A DNA stretch of 63,279 bases, the filler included, from Choristocarpus tenellus KU-1152 (Eukaryota; Protista; Phaeophyceae): NCBI GenBank assembly GCA_964200185.2. It is 13 parts of 13 records of this genome, joined end to end, with 100 filler letters (N's around TTAATTAATTAA, not from the genome) between each part and the next. Parts side by side here need not be neighbours in the genome. Positions count along the whole stretch, not along the records: positions 10,497 to 14,139 come from CAXNAD020018776.1; positions 14,240 to 20,957 come from CAXNAD020007490.1; positions 21,058 to 24,983 come from CAXNAD020017106.1; positions 25,084 to 32,662 come from CAXNAD020005937.1; 9 more parts are not named here. One strand, written 5' to 3'. The position numbers and the translations under genes are program-made. This document shows, piece after piece, positions 12,559-25,176 of this stretch. The stretch's first letter is position 1. Every line of letters starts with the position of its first letter. A model generated the notes under the pieces. The model was not told where the DNA came from, made no database searches, and saw only the letters and a list, made by a program, of their open reading frames with translations.

Positions 12559-14078
12559 CTGCAGGGCGATTGTGATTGGGCAGCAGAAAACAACAGATAC
12601 ATAACACATATATAAAATAATGATGAAAAGGTAGGGATCGTAGGGGAGGTAACAATAGTTACACGACTAAGATAGCCTGGAAGCCACATCCAGTCAATGG
12701 TATGCAACTATTCTACAACCTCTTAGATCCCTGAATGTTGTGACTGCTGTCCCTATCATTGTCACTACAAACTGAAGGGCGTGGAATAGCACAAAATGTT
12801 GCCAATATCGTATCATACCATATCATATCAGATCATATCATACTGGAAGTGGGATGGTGAACCATAGCAGATCATTTCCTATGACTTGATTTAAGTGCAA
12901 CTAATCAAAATCATTGAATTTCAATGACCTCATATTCAGGTACATTCAGGCGGTATACATAAACATATATTTTCCACCCTTGGAGTGTGTGCAACACAGA
13001 AACCTCAGCAATCACTTGTGTAAGTCCATGAGCCATGTGTGAGCCCATGTAGGGGGTGCAACTTTGAGAAAAGCTGGGGTGAAACCTAGATGATGAATGT
13101 CAAGTAACCATCTGTGGGTAGACCTGCCCACAGTGAAGGATGATGTAAGGAAGGCAAAATGTACAAAAACGACCGAGGTTATCGTGTGACCCAACTTGAG
13201 ATTATGACTTCAAGCATATGAAGGAGCGGGCAGCAACAACAAAGCCTACTAGGGTTAGGGCTGACACCCATGCTTGTAAAGAGTGTTTCCGAGGGGGAGA
13301 ATGACTAACCCCAACCTATGTTCTTGATCTGTCCATGTGGAAAATTGTTTCTTTGCTACGGTCAAGATCACCAAATTAATCACCAAATTGATCACCAAAT
13401 TGTAATACTCAAAGCCAACAACTAATCTAAGAACTAAGAAATCGCCTCCACAGCTCCAAGCCTGGGCACAGGGAAATCTCTTCATGAGTAGAAGGACAGC
13501 AATGTACGGATATGTTATCAACACTAAGGCACCCACCTAAGTGGGCCATGCATTATCCATGCATTACACAATGACCTGTCATACATTGAAAACTTTCTCA
13601 GACACCACCACAGTGGCAAGGTAATAGTAGTGTGTCTGGTAGTGGAAAAAGAACATGCAAGTAAGGGTGCCTCAAAAACTTGTCACATATGGTGTGGTTT
13701 CTCATCACCCCGGGCACTCTGTGTGTGTTTTAATGATTCTACGAATTCAAAGTAGTTATAACTGAGAGGGGGGAGGGCAGAAAGGAGGTCTCCACATATC
13801 CATGTTTGCATGGCTTGTGATATTGAGGCGTTTCCAATGTTCAACATAATAATAATGTTGAGGTTATCACACAGTTTACCTTGACTCCAAGGATGAAGTC
13901 AATACTGGGCAAACACAGAATCAAGTACTTTGAAGTATATCTATAGTTCTTATCATAAGGTGCCGCTAGTACTTCAACTGGTAGACCAATACACTGTAAC
14001 ACTGTACCAAGATCTCTCTTCAATCTTGGACTATTACTACATCTCTTTCAGTTCAACAATTTACTTGTACTCAGAGTT

Positions 14079-14277
14079 GGGTCAAAGTATCTGGGAGGGG
14101 GGGGTTGGTTTGTGAGGGGGCGTCCGTTTCGGTCAAACANNNNNNNNNNNNNNNNNNNNNNNNNNNNNNNNNNNNNNNNNNNNTTAATTAATTAANNNNN
14201 NNNNNNNNNNNNNNNNNNNNNNNNNNNNNNNNNNNNNNNCCTGGTGTAGATCCCTCCCCCCCCCAAAAAAATGGGTC
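14079..14277. mobile_element. MITE family B ends on both sides of a linker; further single ends at 1-89, 6430-6448, 10497-10520, 46201-46250
   Basis: GGGTCAAAGTATCTGGGAGGG at 14079 and cctggtgtaga..(C)n..gggtc after the linker. (C)nAGAT(A/G)CTTTG(G/A)(G/C)(T/C)C occurs at the other contig starts. Confidence 0.75.
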
Positions 14278-14599
14278 AGGACAGACACGGGCAATGACCC
14301 ACAGGGTTGTCCAGTTCAGATATTTGTCTCTGCAGGGGGAAGAAGGGAATCATGACACTGCCGGGACTCATGCCAAACCCAATGAGTGTGGACTGCAGCA
14401 GCAGGGAGGTCTGTGCAATTTTGAAGGGAAATGCTTAAACTGAGGTGAGAGGGGACACCTCCAGTATGTTTGTTGCCAGGGGAGGATGAACCTGTCCATT
14501 GAGGCGGAGGTCTTGAGACTGGGGCAGAGAAACAGCCTAGCAAGAGGAGGAGACAAGCATGGGGATAAGACTCTTTCCTTGGGTGCTCTGATTGACAAT

Positions 14600-14857
14600 G
14601 ATTCAAAGTATCTTAGAGGGTAGAGCCGCGTCTATTCGGGGACCAAAATACGATGTTGCAATTTTGATGTAATTTTGACTATCATGTTTGTTAGGAGATG
14701 TCAATATCCTTTTCTGGACACTCCTTTTCATAAGGTATACATTTTACCCACTCCGAAACATTTTGGAGCAGGTAAAATGTCAAAAAAAACCCATGGGAAG
14801 CCAAGCCCCACATGGACAAACAGGACCAAATTTGTACCCTCTAAGATACTTTCACTC
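14600..14857 (-). mobile_element. MITE family A
   Basis: Both TIRs; TSD AAT/AAT. Confidence 0.92.
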
Positions 14858-14860
14858 AAT

Positions 14861-16310
14861 AAACCGGTGGGGACTGTTTCTATTGAAGAGATGACGTTTT
14901 GGCCCAGCAACTTCAAAGAGTGAAGTTGGCTCTTGTCCCCAATACAGCATTAAATCTCCTTTCCTCTTGCTCCGCCTGTTCATCTCTATTGGCATTACAC
15001 CCAAATACCTATTTCACTCTTGTCAAGGAGGGGGCAACTCCCAGCTGCATTCTTCCCCCCCACATACTATATACCCAAGCGCAAGAAAGGCAGGTGCATT
15101 CTCAGTCTAGGAGCTGGGGAGTGTTAAGGATGGTTGGTATCTCTTGGACTGTTGGGGGGTACAAGAGGAGCATGAGGTTGGTATTTTCCGTTCAGAGGGA
15201 GGTACAAGGTGGTGACAAGAAAGAATTTTACGCGGGGTTGGTTAGAGTCTGAGAGGTGGAGAGTATGTCAGCAAAGATGATGACGAGAAAAGAACCAAAA
15301 GAGAACCCTGGCGACTGACACTGGAGGTCAACACTGTTCTGGAGCGCCAAACCAGACCCGGTGGCAGTGCAAACTCCCTTGATTTCTCGTTAGGTTCATT
15401 TTTCAGAGTTTGGCATCTGTTGGATGTGTTTGTCTGTTGTTTCCATTGAGATAATCCTTGTGATGTGTGCGAGCAATGAGCCCATTAGAGTGCTAGCGGA
15501 TGAGCTCCCTCCAAAACCCAAGACCAGATGAGAAGCGTGTAGTTCTCCTGAATTTGAGTTGTGGGACTGAGCTAGAGCCAGAAGATATGCTGGTTTATTA
15601 TTTAATGACAGCTCGGTGGAAGACACGTCACGTCCTGGACACAGGGCAGTTGGCGCAAATGGATTCAAAAGCGAAGGTCCAATACATTTGGCGAGATGCT
15701 GAGATATGAACACTTCTGGTAGTCACACAAGGATTTAGTCAGGCTGGGGGTTTAGATAATCAAGTTGCCTTTGCTCCAGCACCATTGCCTGCATCCTTAA
15801 GGATGGTTTTGCCACTACCTGCAGACAAGGATTAGGAATTGATGCATTGGGATGCCGAGCGATGTTTATTCAAGCAGAGATCAAGTAGGAATTAGGTGTT
15901 CATTTACGTGATGGGTGGGAGGATTGTGCGTTTGCTGAAAGCACCGTGACTAATGGAGCCATGGTGTTTGCTGGGGGAACAATGTCTTGGATGTCAAAGG
16001 TCCAAAATGTTGTGGCTCTGCTCTTCAACAGAGAGAGAGAGAGAGAGAGAGCATGGCCCTTAGGAGTGTAGCACAGGAGTTGTTTTTTCTTACAAAGTGC
16101 TTTGTAACTAATTCAGCCACAGTTCCGCAAGTATTGCATTGACATGTTGACGGCAATAATGGTGCACGCAAGCCGGTACACGTCGTCATTAACTCCAAGA
16201 GAACAAAGCACAGTGATATCCGACACCAATTCTTGAGAGACTTGAGGTAGAAAAAATGACATTTGCATTGTTTTTGTTGGCGCCACAAAACTAGAGGGCA
16301 AATGTTTTTG
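14861..16310 (+). mobile_element. Ty1/Copia retrotransposon remnant (post-integrase region, RT, RNase H)
   Basis: RNase H motifs SWMSKVQNVVAL, DGNNGA and SKRTKHSDIRHQFLRD at ~15985-16240. Weaker upstream motifs: RMVGISWTVGGYK, TARW, VGANGF. Many stops and frameshifts. Confidence 0.8.
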
Positions 16311-16313
16311 ACA

Positions 16314-16570
16314 GAGTCAAAGTATCTGAGAGGGTAGAGCTGCGTCCATTCGAGGATCAAAATTCAATATTGTGATCTTGATTTAATTTTGGCTATGTGT
16401 TTGTTAAGAAGTGTCGATATCCTTATTCTAGACACACCTTATAATATCATACACATTTTACCTACTCCGAAACATTTTGGGGTAGGAAAATGTTAATAAA
16501 TAACCGTGGGAAGTCAAGCCGCAAATGGGCAAATATGGGAAAACTCGTACCCTCTGAGATACTTTCACCC
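16314..16570 (-). mobile_element. MITE family A
   Basis: Both TIRs; TSD ACA/ACA. Confidence 0.92.
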
Positions 16571-17030
16571 ACAAATAATTTGCCTGCAAAAGGTTTCAGG
16601 CAATACGTGCAATTCTTGATGAACATCTTGAACTATGAAAGGTGTGTGTATCATTTTCTTTTTGAGGTGGTAGTGTGTTTTTTTTGCTTTTTTGGAAGGG
16701 GAGGATGTCGCAGGAACCTATCTTCTGATTACGTTGTGTGTGCCGATACAAGTACATAACACAGTGTGACAGTTTCATGTGTGATCATTTTGTGTTGGGT
16801 TCAATACATATTAGAAAAAGCATAGTGATCTGACAGTTCAGATGAGTGACTGTGTCATGTGGTACCATAACACAGGCCTAGCTAGCCCCTAATATAATGT
16901 GCATGTCAATGCATATTCTGACCATATTATCAGCAGCAGCTCGTTGGCGACGAGCCTTTAGATACAAAGCGTTTCAACACCCCTTCCCACTTCCACGCTA
17001 AACACCCACCCTGTCTCTTTGGTCTTCTTC

Positions 17031-18062
17031 TCACTTGACGTTTGTCACCAGCGAACCATTTGCATATCTCAGAGGAGCCCCCGCCCCCTGCTGTCCCCAG
17101 GGATTGTAGGTGGCCTGTTGAGAGGGAAAGAATCAGGGTTAGGATGTAAATCAGACTGGGGATTGGGAGGCTTGTCCAAAGTCACCTGGGGTGGATATAT
17201 ATTCACCAACTACAAGTGTATAAAATTGATAACACAAAATGAATTGCCCCTTTGTAAAATTAGGGTCTGCAGCCTACTATACGCGCATCCACCTACCAAC
17301 TGCATCTCTCACGAAGAGATTAGAAAGAGGTTGCTCAACAAGTGATATGTAGTAATTGCCCTAACTTCCAACATCTGATTCTGTATCACAAGGTGTAACG
17401 CAAGGAATTTCGAAAATGCGAGCACTACTCATTTAATCATACGAACAAGTTGTACATACTCGCCTGGCAATTTGAAGAACATAGATTATTTCAAACGCTA
17501 AATAATCCAGCGAGATTCATGAAGGAACAGTGCATATGCGATACGACTCGAGCGGGATATGTGCCTTCACGATGCTCCCTTTGAGGAGTGTGTATTGGTA
17601 CAACAGAAATTTTCAAATTCTTGCAGGGTAGACAATACCGTACGTGTCGGACGCACTGGACATAAAGGATAGGTTTCCATGCGATTTCCCCAAGATAGGT
17701 AGAAATTAAAACAGACGGTTGGGAAATTTTATGTTTTTTTTACTGAAACAGAGTACTGAGTGAGTACTTGAGACCCGATCGAAACACTGGTCATTCTCAG
17801 TATTACGAACGCCGTCTATGGGTTATTGCCCTTGTTCTCGATCTCTCACCGCCTTGCGCTCCTCCTGAGCTTCCAGTTCCCACAGTCGTCTTCTCTCTTT
17901 ATCTCTTTGTTCTCTTCCCTCAGCGATTTGTCGGTCCAGTTCAGAGCTATACCAAATTTGTTTTCTTCGTCGTTCCTCACGAGTGGAAGGCAGAGCCATC
18001 CCTCTCTCACTTCCAATTACCAGCCCAGTGCATTCCGGCACAATTAGTCGTTTCTGCGACAT
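17031..18062 (-). CDS. Small CSPP1/CCDC66-motif coiled-coil protein (exons 18062 or 17999-17850; 17114-17031)
   Basis: Phase-0 splice gives KQIWYSSELDRQIAEGREQRDKERRRLWELEAQEERKA|ATYNPWGQQGAGAPLRYANGSLVTNVK*, resembling the CSPP1 block YNPWGKGGGGAPLRD..GNLIT. Start and true 3' end are uncertain. Confidence 0.72.
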
Positions 18063-19077
18063 TCAGCAACCGTGAACAATATGTCCCTTCGCAAGTACAA
18101 AGCCGACGTCCAGAGTTGTCGAGCTGGGCAAGGACTTCTTAACCTATCGTACCTAACTACCCCACTAATTTCTTCAAACTTGTTTGCTGAGTGTTTCATG
18201 GCGGCCCAATCGCGAACGGTTCACATATAGGCAGAATTCTCAATTTATAGTAGTGGGGTTTCAGAAAGAAAGAAAAATATCGATTTTCAATTCACCCTAC
18301 AACCCTTTGAATGCAACAGCGAGAGGACCGTGACTATGGTGCCCTCAACACCGAAGTGCCGTCATTGCTTTAAGTATTGAATCACTCCTCACAGCTTCAG
18401 TGCAGAAACTCTTCACAGAATAGCCTCCGTTCATGTGCGCCGTGGAGTATCAACTTCCACTTCGCTACGCCCCTGGTCATAGTGGGAGTGGGCAACAAAT
18501 ACCAGTATATGACAACGACAAGACTAATCGAAGGCGAAGTCTCTTTGGAGGGGCACTTCTAGCTATGCGCGTCTCAAGGTTCCACAATGGCTTCACTATC
18601 AGTCTTATTGGGACCCTTTTTGTGGTGGGTGTCTGACAGGCATTCCTTTTTGGGGGGACAGGGAATGGAACAATAGTCAACAACATGGGGTCTTGTCTTC
18701 ACGGCTACACTTTGTTATTTTCTGCATCGTCCCCTGTCAACAACCGAACCCGATATCTCTAATGGAGTTATTTAGCCTTGGTCTTTCTATCGCTATGTTG
18801 ATGGGAAGTGCAACCAAGAATACCCACTCTTTGTACTTTCCTCTGCGGTTCGAGGTTCCTTGTCTTCAAGTACATCACAGCGGGCTACGTGCCTACAATT
18901 TCATGTTTCGCTTTTGTTCAGTTCGTTAGTCCACTTCGTGCTTTGATGTCCTTCTCCCCAAAGGCTTCTCACCCTCTTAACAATTGCATCCTCTTTTTGG
19001 TGCAACATTTTTTGTAATGCCAACAACCCCCTTTGTTCCATCAAGCGGACCTCGTCCTGCAAGTACAATGTTTCTAA

Positions 19078-19830
19078 GTGTGTGAATGCGTGGTCCTTGT
19101 AATTCTGCTCGAACAGACCCCTTCCCCCTCCCGCGGTCTACCCCCTTCTTCATATGCCTCAGGGGGGGGGACTTTTCTTTGCCCTAGGAAAGCTTATTCC
19201 AGACCGGCACCACGCATCATCAATTCCAAAGGTAAAGCTGACAGGAAGAGGAGCAATTATGAAGTCACCGAGACAGTCAGCGAGAAGTGCGCGTACCACC
19301 TCCCCCAGGAACCCTTCCTCACAGGAAGGCTCTCGCACAGTCCACGAGGACAACCTCGATTTGGTTGCTGGTTATGGGGGGGGGGGCTCGATGGACTCGT
19401 CATCCACGATGATGATATCAAGAGTAGGGTGAATTTGCTAAGGGAAGAAGTTGAACGTTCAGGTGAAGAAAATGTAGACACAGGTACAATGGCACCTGAA
19501 GCAATGGAGGGACGAGGCAATGAGATACAAGGCGAGCTGGGACTGGTGGGAGTAGGGGGAGAGGTGACGAAACATAACCTGCGCAAGGAGATTGGAACTG
19601 CCAGGAAAGAGGAGGAAGGTTGGAGAGGGACTGAGATAAAAACCAGAGATATACATGGGAAGGAGGTTGGAGAGGGGGCAGAGCTGGAGAACGACAATCG
19701 GCGGCTGGCAGTTACGGAAGCTATACGATGGGCTTGGAAGGTGGAAGGGTTAGAAACAGTTGTCCTCAAATGGGGTGAAAGAGGGGGATGGGGGAGGGTG
19801 GAGGAGGCATTTTCCCAGTTGCTTAAATGA
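19078..19830 (+). CDS. Probable terminal exon of an unknown Glu/Gly-rich protein (candidate upstream exons 18311-18860)
   Basis: 250-codon ORF with the same E/G-rich bias as real exons in this window and a pyrimidine-rich acceptor near 19162. No domain recognised. Confidence 0.45.
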   Translation: MCECVVLVILLEQTPSPSRGLPPSSYASGGGTFLCPRKAYSRPAPRIINSKGKADRKRSNYEVTETVSEKCAYHLPQEPFLTGRLSHSPRGQPRFGCWLWGGGLDGLVIHDDDIKSRVNLLREEVERSGEENVDTGTMAPEAMEGRGNEIQGELGLVGVGGEVTKHNLRKEIGTARKEEEGWRGTEIKTRDIHGKEVGEGAELENDNRRLAVTEAIRWAWKVEGLETVVLKWGERGGWGRVEEAFSQLLK

Positions 19831-20208
19831 GAGACATGTGTGATTAAGAAATTTTGCCGTGTTGGGGCTTGCAGAGAGTGTTGTGCCTGCTATATGATTT
19901 TTCTGATTTTTGTGACATTTATTTTCTCCTCCCAAGTTTTTCTGATTTTTTTCTGATTTTTCTGACATTTATTTTCTGATTTTTGTGGAGGGAGCCTATC
20001 TTCTGCTTTGCCAGGGTGAAATTGGGCTAGGGAGGGTGATTTACTGGTGCCGGTGCGAATTTCTCTGTTGCGAAGGAGGTTTAGAAAAGATAGGTACAAA
20101 CAAGAGGTCTGTGGAGGGAAGATAAACTTACAGTTACAAGAAATATCATTGTTCGAAGTTCATCAGGGTATTTTGTTTATTATTTTTTTGTATATGGTTA
20201 TTATTTCA

Positions 20209-20242
20209 AGGGTTAGGGTTAGGGTTAGGGTTAAGGTTAAGG
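20209..20242. repeat. Interstitial telomeric repeat (TTAGGG)n; others near 4510-4550, 12357-12370, 25616-25630, 26557-26571, 27178-27197, 31487-31502, 55148-55180, 55306-55323, 56478-56494, 56897-56916
   Basis: 2-5 perfect or degenerate TTAGGG/CCCTAA units at each site. Confidence 0.85.
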
Positions 20243-20885
20243 AGGGGACATACGCACAACTTAAAAAATATCACCGTACAAGAGATGAGGATAGCCTCGC
20301 TCACCTAGAACTATGGTGTTGCAAAGGTGGGTGCTGCAAGGAATGTATGTTCTTCTTGTTTGAAGACTGAAAGAGTGCCCTAGCCAGTGGATAATCTCAG
20401 TAACACCATGGTATCTCCCACCCAATCAGGGTCGGGCTTTCGAGTCAGGGTTCAATGAGGTACACTATTATTATCAGAACAAGACCAGCTGCAACGAGCT
20501 CTGAGAGTTGGCTCGGACGGAGTGTGTCAAGAAACGCTCTAGAGCTCAGTGCATAGTCTGTGCCATCCCATAGTGTAGTGTATCTACGTATGATTCTTTT
20601 ATCAGAAAACCAAATCTATGTTGTTCTCCCCTACAAGGAAAGCAATCATTCATGCGTGTTTGTTGAAGTATCCCCCCTCTCTCTTGAGTCCAAGAGATTG
20701 CGTTTGCGCATTTGAAATCTCTCGGACTGATCCGCCCCTAACCCTAACCTGTCATTTGAAGAAACAGGGCATGCGCACTGGCTCTCCCTTGTTTGTGTTT
20801 TTTTTAATTTCGTGTATCTCCACCTCTACTAGATACGATGGAGAAATAGGAGATCAAGAAAGACATTCAATTCGTGAGGTACACC

Positions 20886-20924
<39 letters not shown>

Positions 20925-23900
20925 ACCACCCCCCCCCCCTACTTCTCTATCCAGCACNNNNNNNNNNNNNNNNNNNNNNNNNNNNNNNNNNNNNNNNNNN
21001 NTTAATTAATTAANNNNNNNNNNNNNNNNNNNNNNNNNNNNNNNNNNNNNNNNNNNNGGGCACTATTGCGCTTTCTAATGCCTGGCATGGTGTACCTCGT
21101 CACATGTTGCAGGTGTTCACAGATGTGGAGAGCAGAGTTGCCAAGCACTCTGCAGATGTGCTTGCAGCTTTGGCGACACTGTAACAGGAGAAAGCACATT
21201 GATGCTGTTGTTTCTGCAGGGGTACGCCTCTTGCTCATTCAGAAGATTGTTTCTGTTTAGTTGTGCATAGATGTCTTTGGTGGGGTGCTCCATCTTAACC
21301 AATGGAGAGAGGAAGCAAATTTCAAGTTTGTACTAGGCAAGTTGATACAGTCCTGCACATGCAGTGTGGTTGGGGCATTAGCATAGGAAGAAAGTGAGGG
21401 CTAGCCTGTCAGTGTACTTTGGTCACTGGGTTGGTTGGAATATGGGAGGGAGGGCTTGCCATCATTCCATGTACTTCAAAGAGTGCTTGGTGTGTATCTA
21501 CTAAGTAGTCCTAGCTTTTGGAACGAGGATCTCTTGATGCTCTGACCACAGTCTGTTAGAATAGACGTATACTTGCAATCTGTTGTGCAATCATGTGTGC
21601 CCTGCCCCTTGTTGCTTCAACTCCAAGATAATAATGCTTCTGAAATGCATATAGTCAAGACACCATGCACCTGTTGAGCATTCAATTGTAGTTACTTCTG
21701 AATTCCCCTACACTGCTGACAGTGTTACTTAGTTGGGTGCAATGGACCTGAGTAATCAATCATGGAGCAGGCTAAAAGGTCCATCACAATCTAAATCATT
21801 CAATAATAAATTAGGGTTAGCAAGTATCGTGCTCTCTTGTGCCCACTGGTGTAGGCATCAGAACCCTTTGATCAAAATCACAAGAGTCTGTTGCACCTCT
21901 TCCTTCGGTTTCAATATTCTCAGTCAATGTCTTCACTACCTTCATTGTTCTGACTCAACATACATTTATTCTCGTTGATCCTTTTAAATATACTTGAGTA
22001 TACTGTCTATCACCAAGCCCAAACCCTTCTGCATATTCGCCAAATTCAAAATACTGAGAGCAAGAAATCCATGAGCTACTCTTTAGTTTTATCCTCCACA
22101 TACCTACTTTATCCGCCTGTCTTGATGTTGAGGAAGTAAACCCACTTTTCAGCTGGGGTACTGGAATACTCAAGGTCACCTTGGAGGCACATTCACCAGC
22201 TGTCCTTCAGTCCTTTGTTCGCAAGCTACCACAAAGTATGCTGTTTCGCCAAAAAGACGATGAAAAATGTGCTTTATTAAGTTACAGCAAACAGTGAGTC
22301 CTATCCATAAGGGGGAGTAGTTCCTAATCACCGGAATCACGCTTTCACACAATTCTGTAGATAACCGATTGAAGCATTACCTAGAATGTTTAACATCACT
22401 ATATTCCAATGTCCCCGATCTATCACAAATCTGCCGTTCTACGCACGTTATCTTGCTACGTACATAATTACTACTACATACGTACTAGTAGCAACATGGA
22501 GTGTGTACAGCACTTCAAAGCATCTCCTTGTGCGAACACCCTTCCATTGTCTCATCCAGTTTCTCTGTTGCCATTTCCTCAGACATCAAGTTCTTGAGCA
22601 AGCGAGCATGTTGGCCATGGGCACGAGGAAGCCCACAAACAGCACCCTCTGTTGGCGTATAGTAGTTATCTCCATGATCTCGCACCTTACCCCACTGTTG
22701 CTTCCCTGTTTGACAGGGGGTGTCCCGTATGCTTTTGTTTAAGGAACCTGATCCACAGCTGGAGATTGGATACGTATTGCGTGTACTATTGTTGCTCTGC
22801 TCCACCCTTAATATACTATGTGCATTGGTGGGGCCCTAGCTATGGTACCTTGAAGTCCCTAGCTAATCTTTAGCCTCATGGCTTCCACTCCCCATGGGAA
22901 TACAGCTTGTACTTCATACTTATTATCAAGCACACAGAACTATCTCCATCTATATGATGGAGATGAGCAAAAGTGTTGTATAGCTGTTTTGGTCCGTACA
23001 TCGCACAAACAGTCGATTTATTCCGCTCACTGCACCAGGAACAGCAACCAACCCTGCTGCCCATGCATGTTGCTCTGATTTGAGTCATCGTTAGTGGGGG
23101 CTGCAAGGTTGGTGATCCTGCTGCCTCATTGTTTTTTCAATGCGAAATGGCTCAGTCTGGTGATTTGAGTAACTACCACATGCGTCAAGGAAGCCCTGTG
23201 ACGAAGGGTAGGAGGTGACCATAATGGTATATATATATGTGATATAGTATGGAGGCTTCATCTGTAACACCTGATCTTCCAAACTCTTGGTGTATATGTG
23301 CTTGAGTCGCAGTATTTGTCAGGGGCATCGGGCTTCTCAAACAAATGCAAGTCTCAAATATAATGACCCACGGTCGGAGGCTTGAAATTCATCTATACAT
23401 GTACATGTAGAATAATATTGGTAGCAACCCTGACATCTATCTTCTCCATGGTCATTTCAACTTTCAAATCTACAAGAACATACGGATGGTATGTAGAGAG
23501 CTAGAGCTAGTCGCTCTAGAGTTCTTTTGTAAAGTAGAAATGCACTTGTCGTACACCAGTCCCCCTCCATGTCTGTAATGTAGTAGTAGCAGTGATAGAT
23601 GATGTTTTTTTACCGTAGTTTTGCAGCTACTGCCCATGTTACTCCAGGGCTCTACATACGTACTGCAGTAGTATACCTGCCATAAGTAGTCCCTATCTCC
23701 ATGTCTGCACAAGTAGTAGTAGTGCCAGATAAAGTTTTTTTGCTGTTCTCACCTTTGCAGCCTGTGATGGGCATATCCCACCTGACTGAATGGTATCTCC
23801 CCCCACCTTTTTACATCATTTGTGCATGATGCATGACATTTTTTTGTTCTTGAGCTTGGGATGTTTCTTTGGGTAGCGGCATGGGTTTTCTTACTCGATG

Positions 23901-23968
23901 GGTCCCTCCAAGTGAGAGCACCCATGCCCATGTTCGTTCTGTTTATATTCTTGATCAAACCATACAAT

Positions 23969-24149
23969 AACCCAGAGTATCTGGGAGGGGGGGGCTCTAC
24001 ACCAGGGTGTCCATTTGGACCATAATCAGGAAAAGTGCACTTACATTATCCATCCGACGTATGCAACCAAATCACCCAAACATTGCGACATGGAAAAAAT
24101 CGACCCCAAATAGACTGCCGCCACCCCCCTCCCCCCCAGATTTTGAGCC
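23969..24149 (+). mobile_element. MITE family B (poly-G subterminal)
   Basis: AACCCAGAGTATCTGGG(G)n...(C)nAGATTTTGAGCC; TSD AAT/AAT; interior matches the reverse complement of 42559-42734. Confidence 0.85.
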
Positions 24150-25176
24150 AATAAAATAATGTTCAAATTGAGGGATCAAGTCACACATATGCCTCACAAC
24201 TCTTGGTGCATTTATAATCAACCTGTTGTGTTATTGAATATTGAGGCTACTACCCGATCTCGTGTGGTTCAGGCAAAGCGATCGCAACTGTTAGCAGCAA
24301 TTTTTCACCAATTGTACCTAAGGTCGTCAGGTGGGCAATCTCTTCCTTCACAACTCGAGATGTTTTTTTTGAAAATCAAAGGTGTCCGTGAATAATTTGG
24401 GATGCTTGCCCATACATGTATGAATGGGGTTTGCGAGTGGGTAGAGGAGACAAGGAATTTGAAAATGTACTCTACAGAGTACAACGTAGTATCTATCACT
24501 ATTACATTATTTTTTCCCTATGACGTAACGTACACTCTGGAGTATACATGATGTGATACTCAATAGGTGACACCATAATATTTTGTTGTTTTAGATTGTA
24601 GTGGGAACAAGGAGGAGTGTCGTTACCAACATTTTATGTATCATTATGTTATCGATATTATATTTCGCATCATGTTTTCGTCTCCTCCTTCCTGTTGTTT
24701 TGTTGCGGGGGTATTGCATCGTGTCCACAACACAATCCCCAAGCCACTTCCTCCATGTACGTATGCCTGACTCTACACCATAATGGTACCCTCACATCCT
24801 ACCCCCTATTTTTTGTTGTAACTCTCAATCAATCATACAGCCACAATAAATAGTAGTAGTAGAATTAGTAGTAGTAGTATTATTCTCCAACTGACTTGAT
24901 ATAGGGACAAAGGTCTTCTGCTAGACGTTACCTTCACAGAGGTACAGGCAACCTCCCACCTATCCCACTCATCCACCAGCAATNNNNNNNNNNNNNNNNN
25001 NNNNNNNNNNNNNNNNNNNNNNNNNNNTTAATTAATTAANNNNNNNNNNNNNNNNNNNNNNNNNNNNNNNNNNNNNNNNNNNNAAAACATGCCACCAACA
25101 CACACCACACGCCTGCAAGCCATCAATACTATTAATACTATCGATACTATCAATACTTCTATTAGTATTTATGCAG

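Noticed and set aside
3683-18062. Centriole/cilium gene cluster (ALMS-motif plus CSPP1-motif genes)
   Set aside because: The genes lie on different contigs separated by three linkers, so adjacency is unproven.
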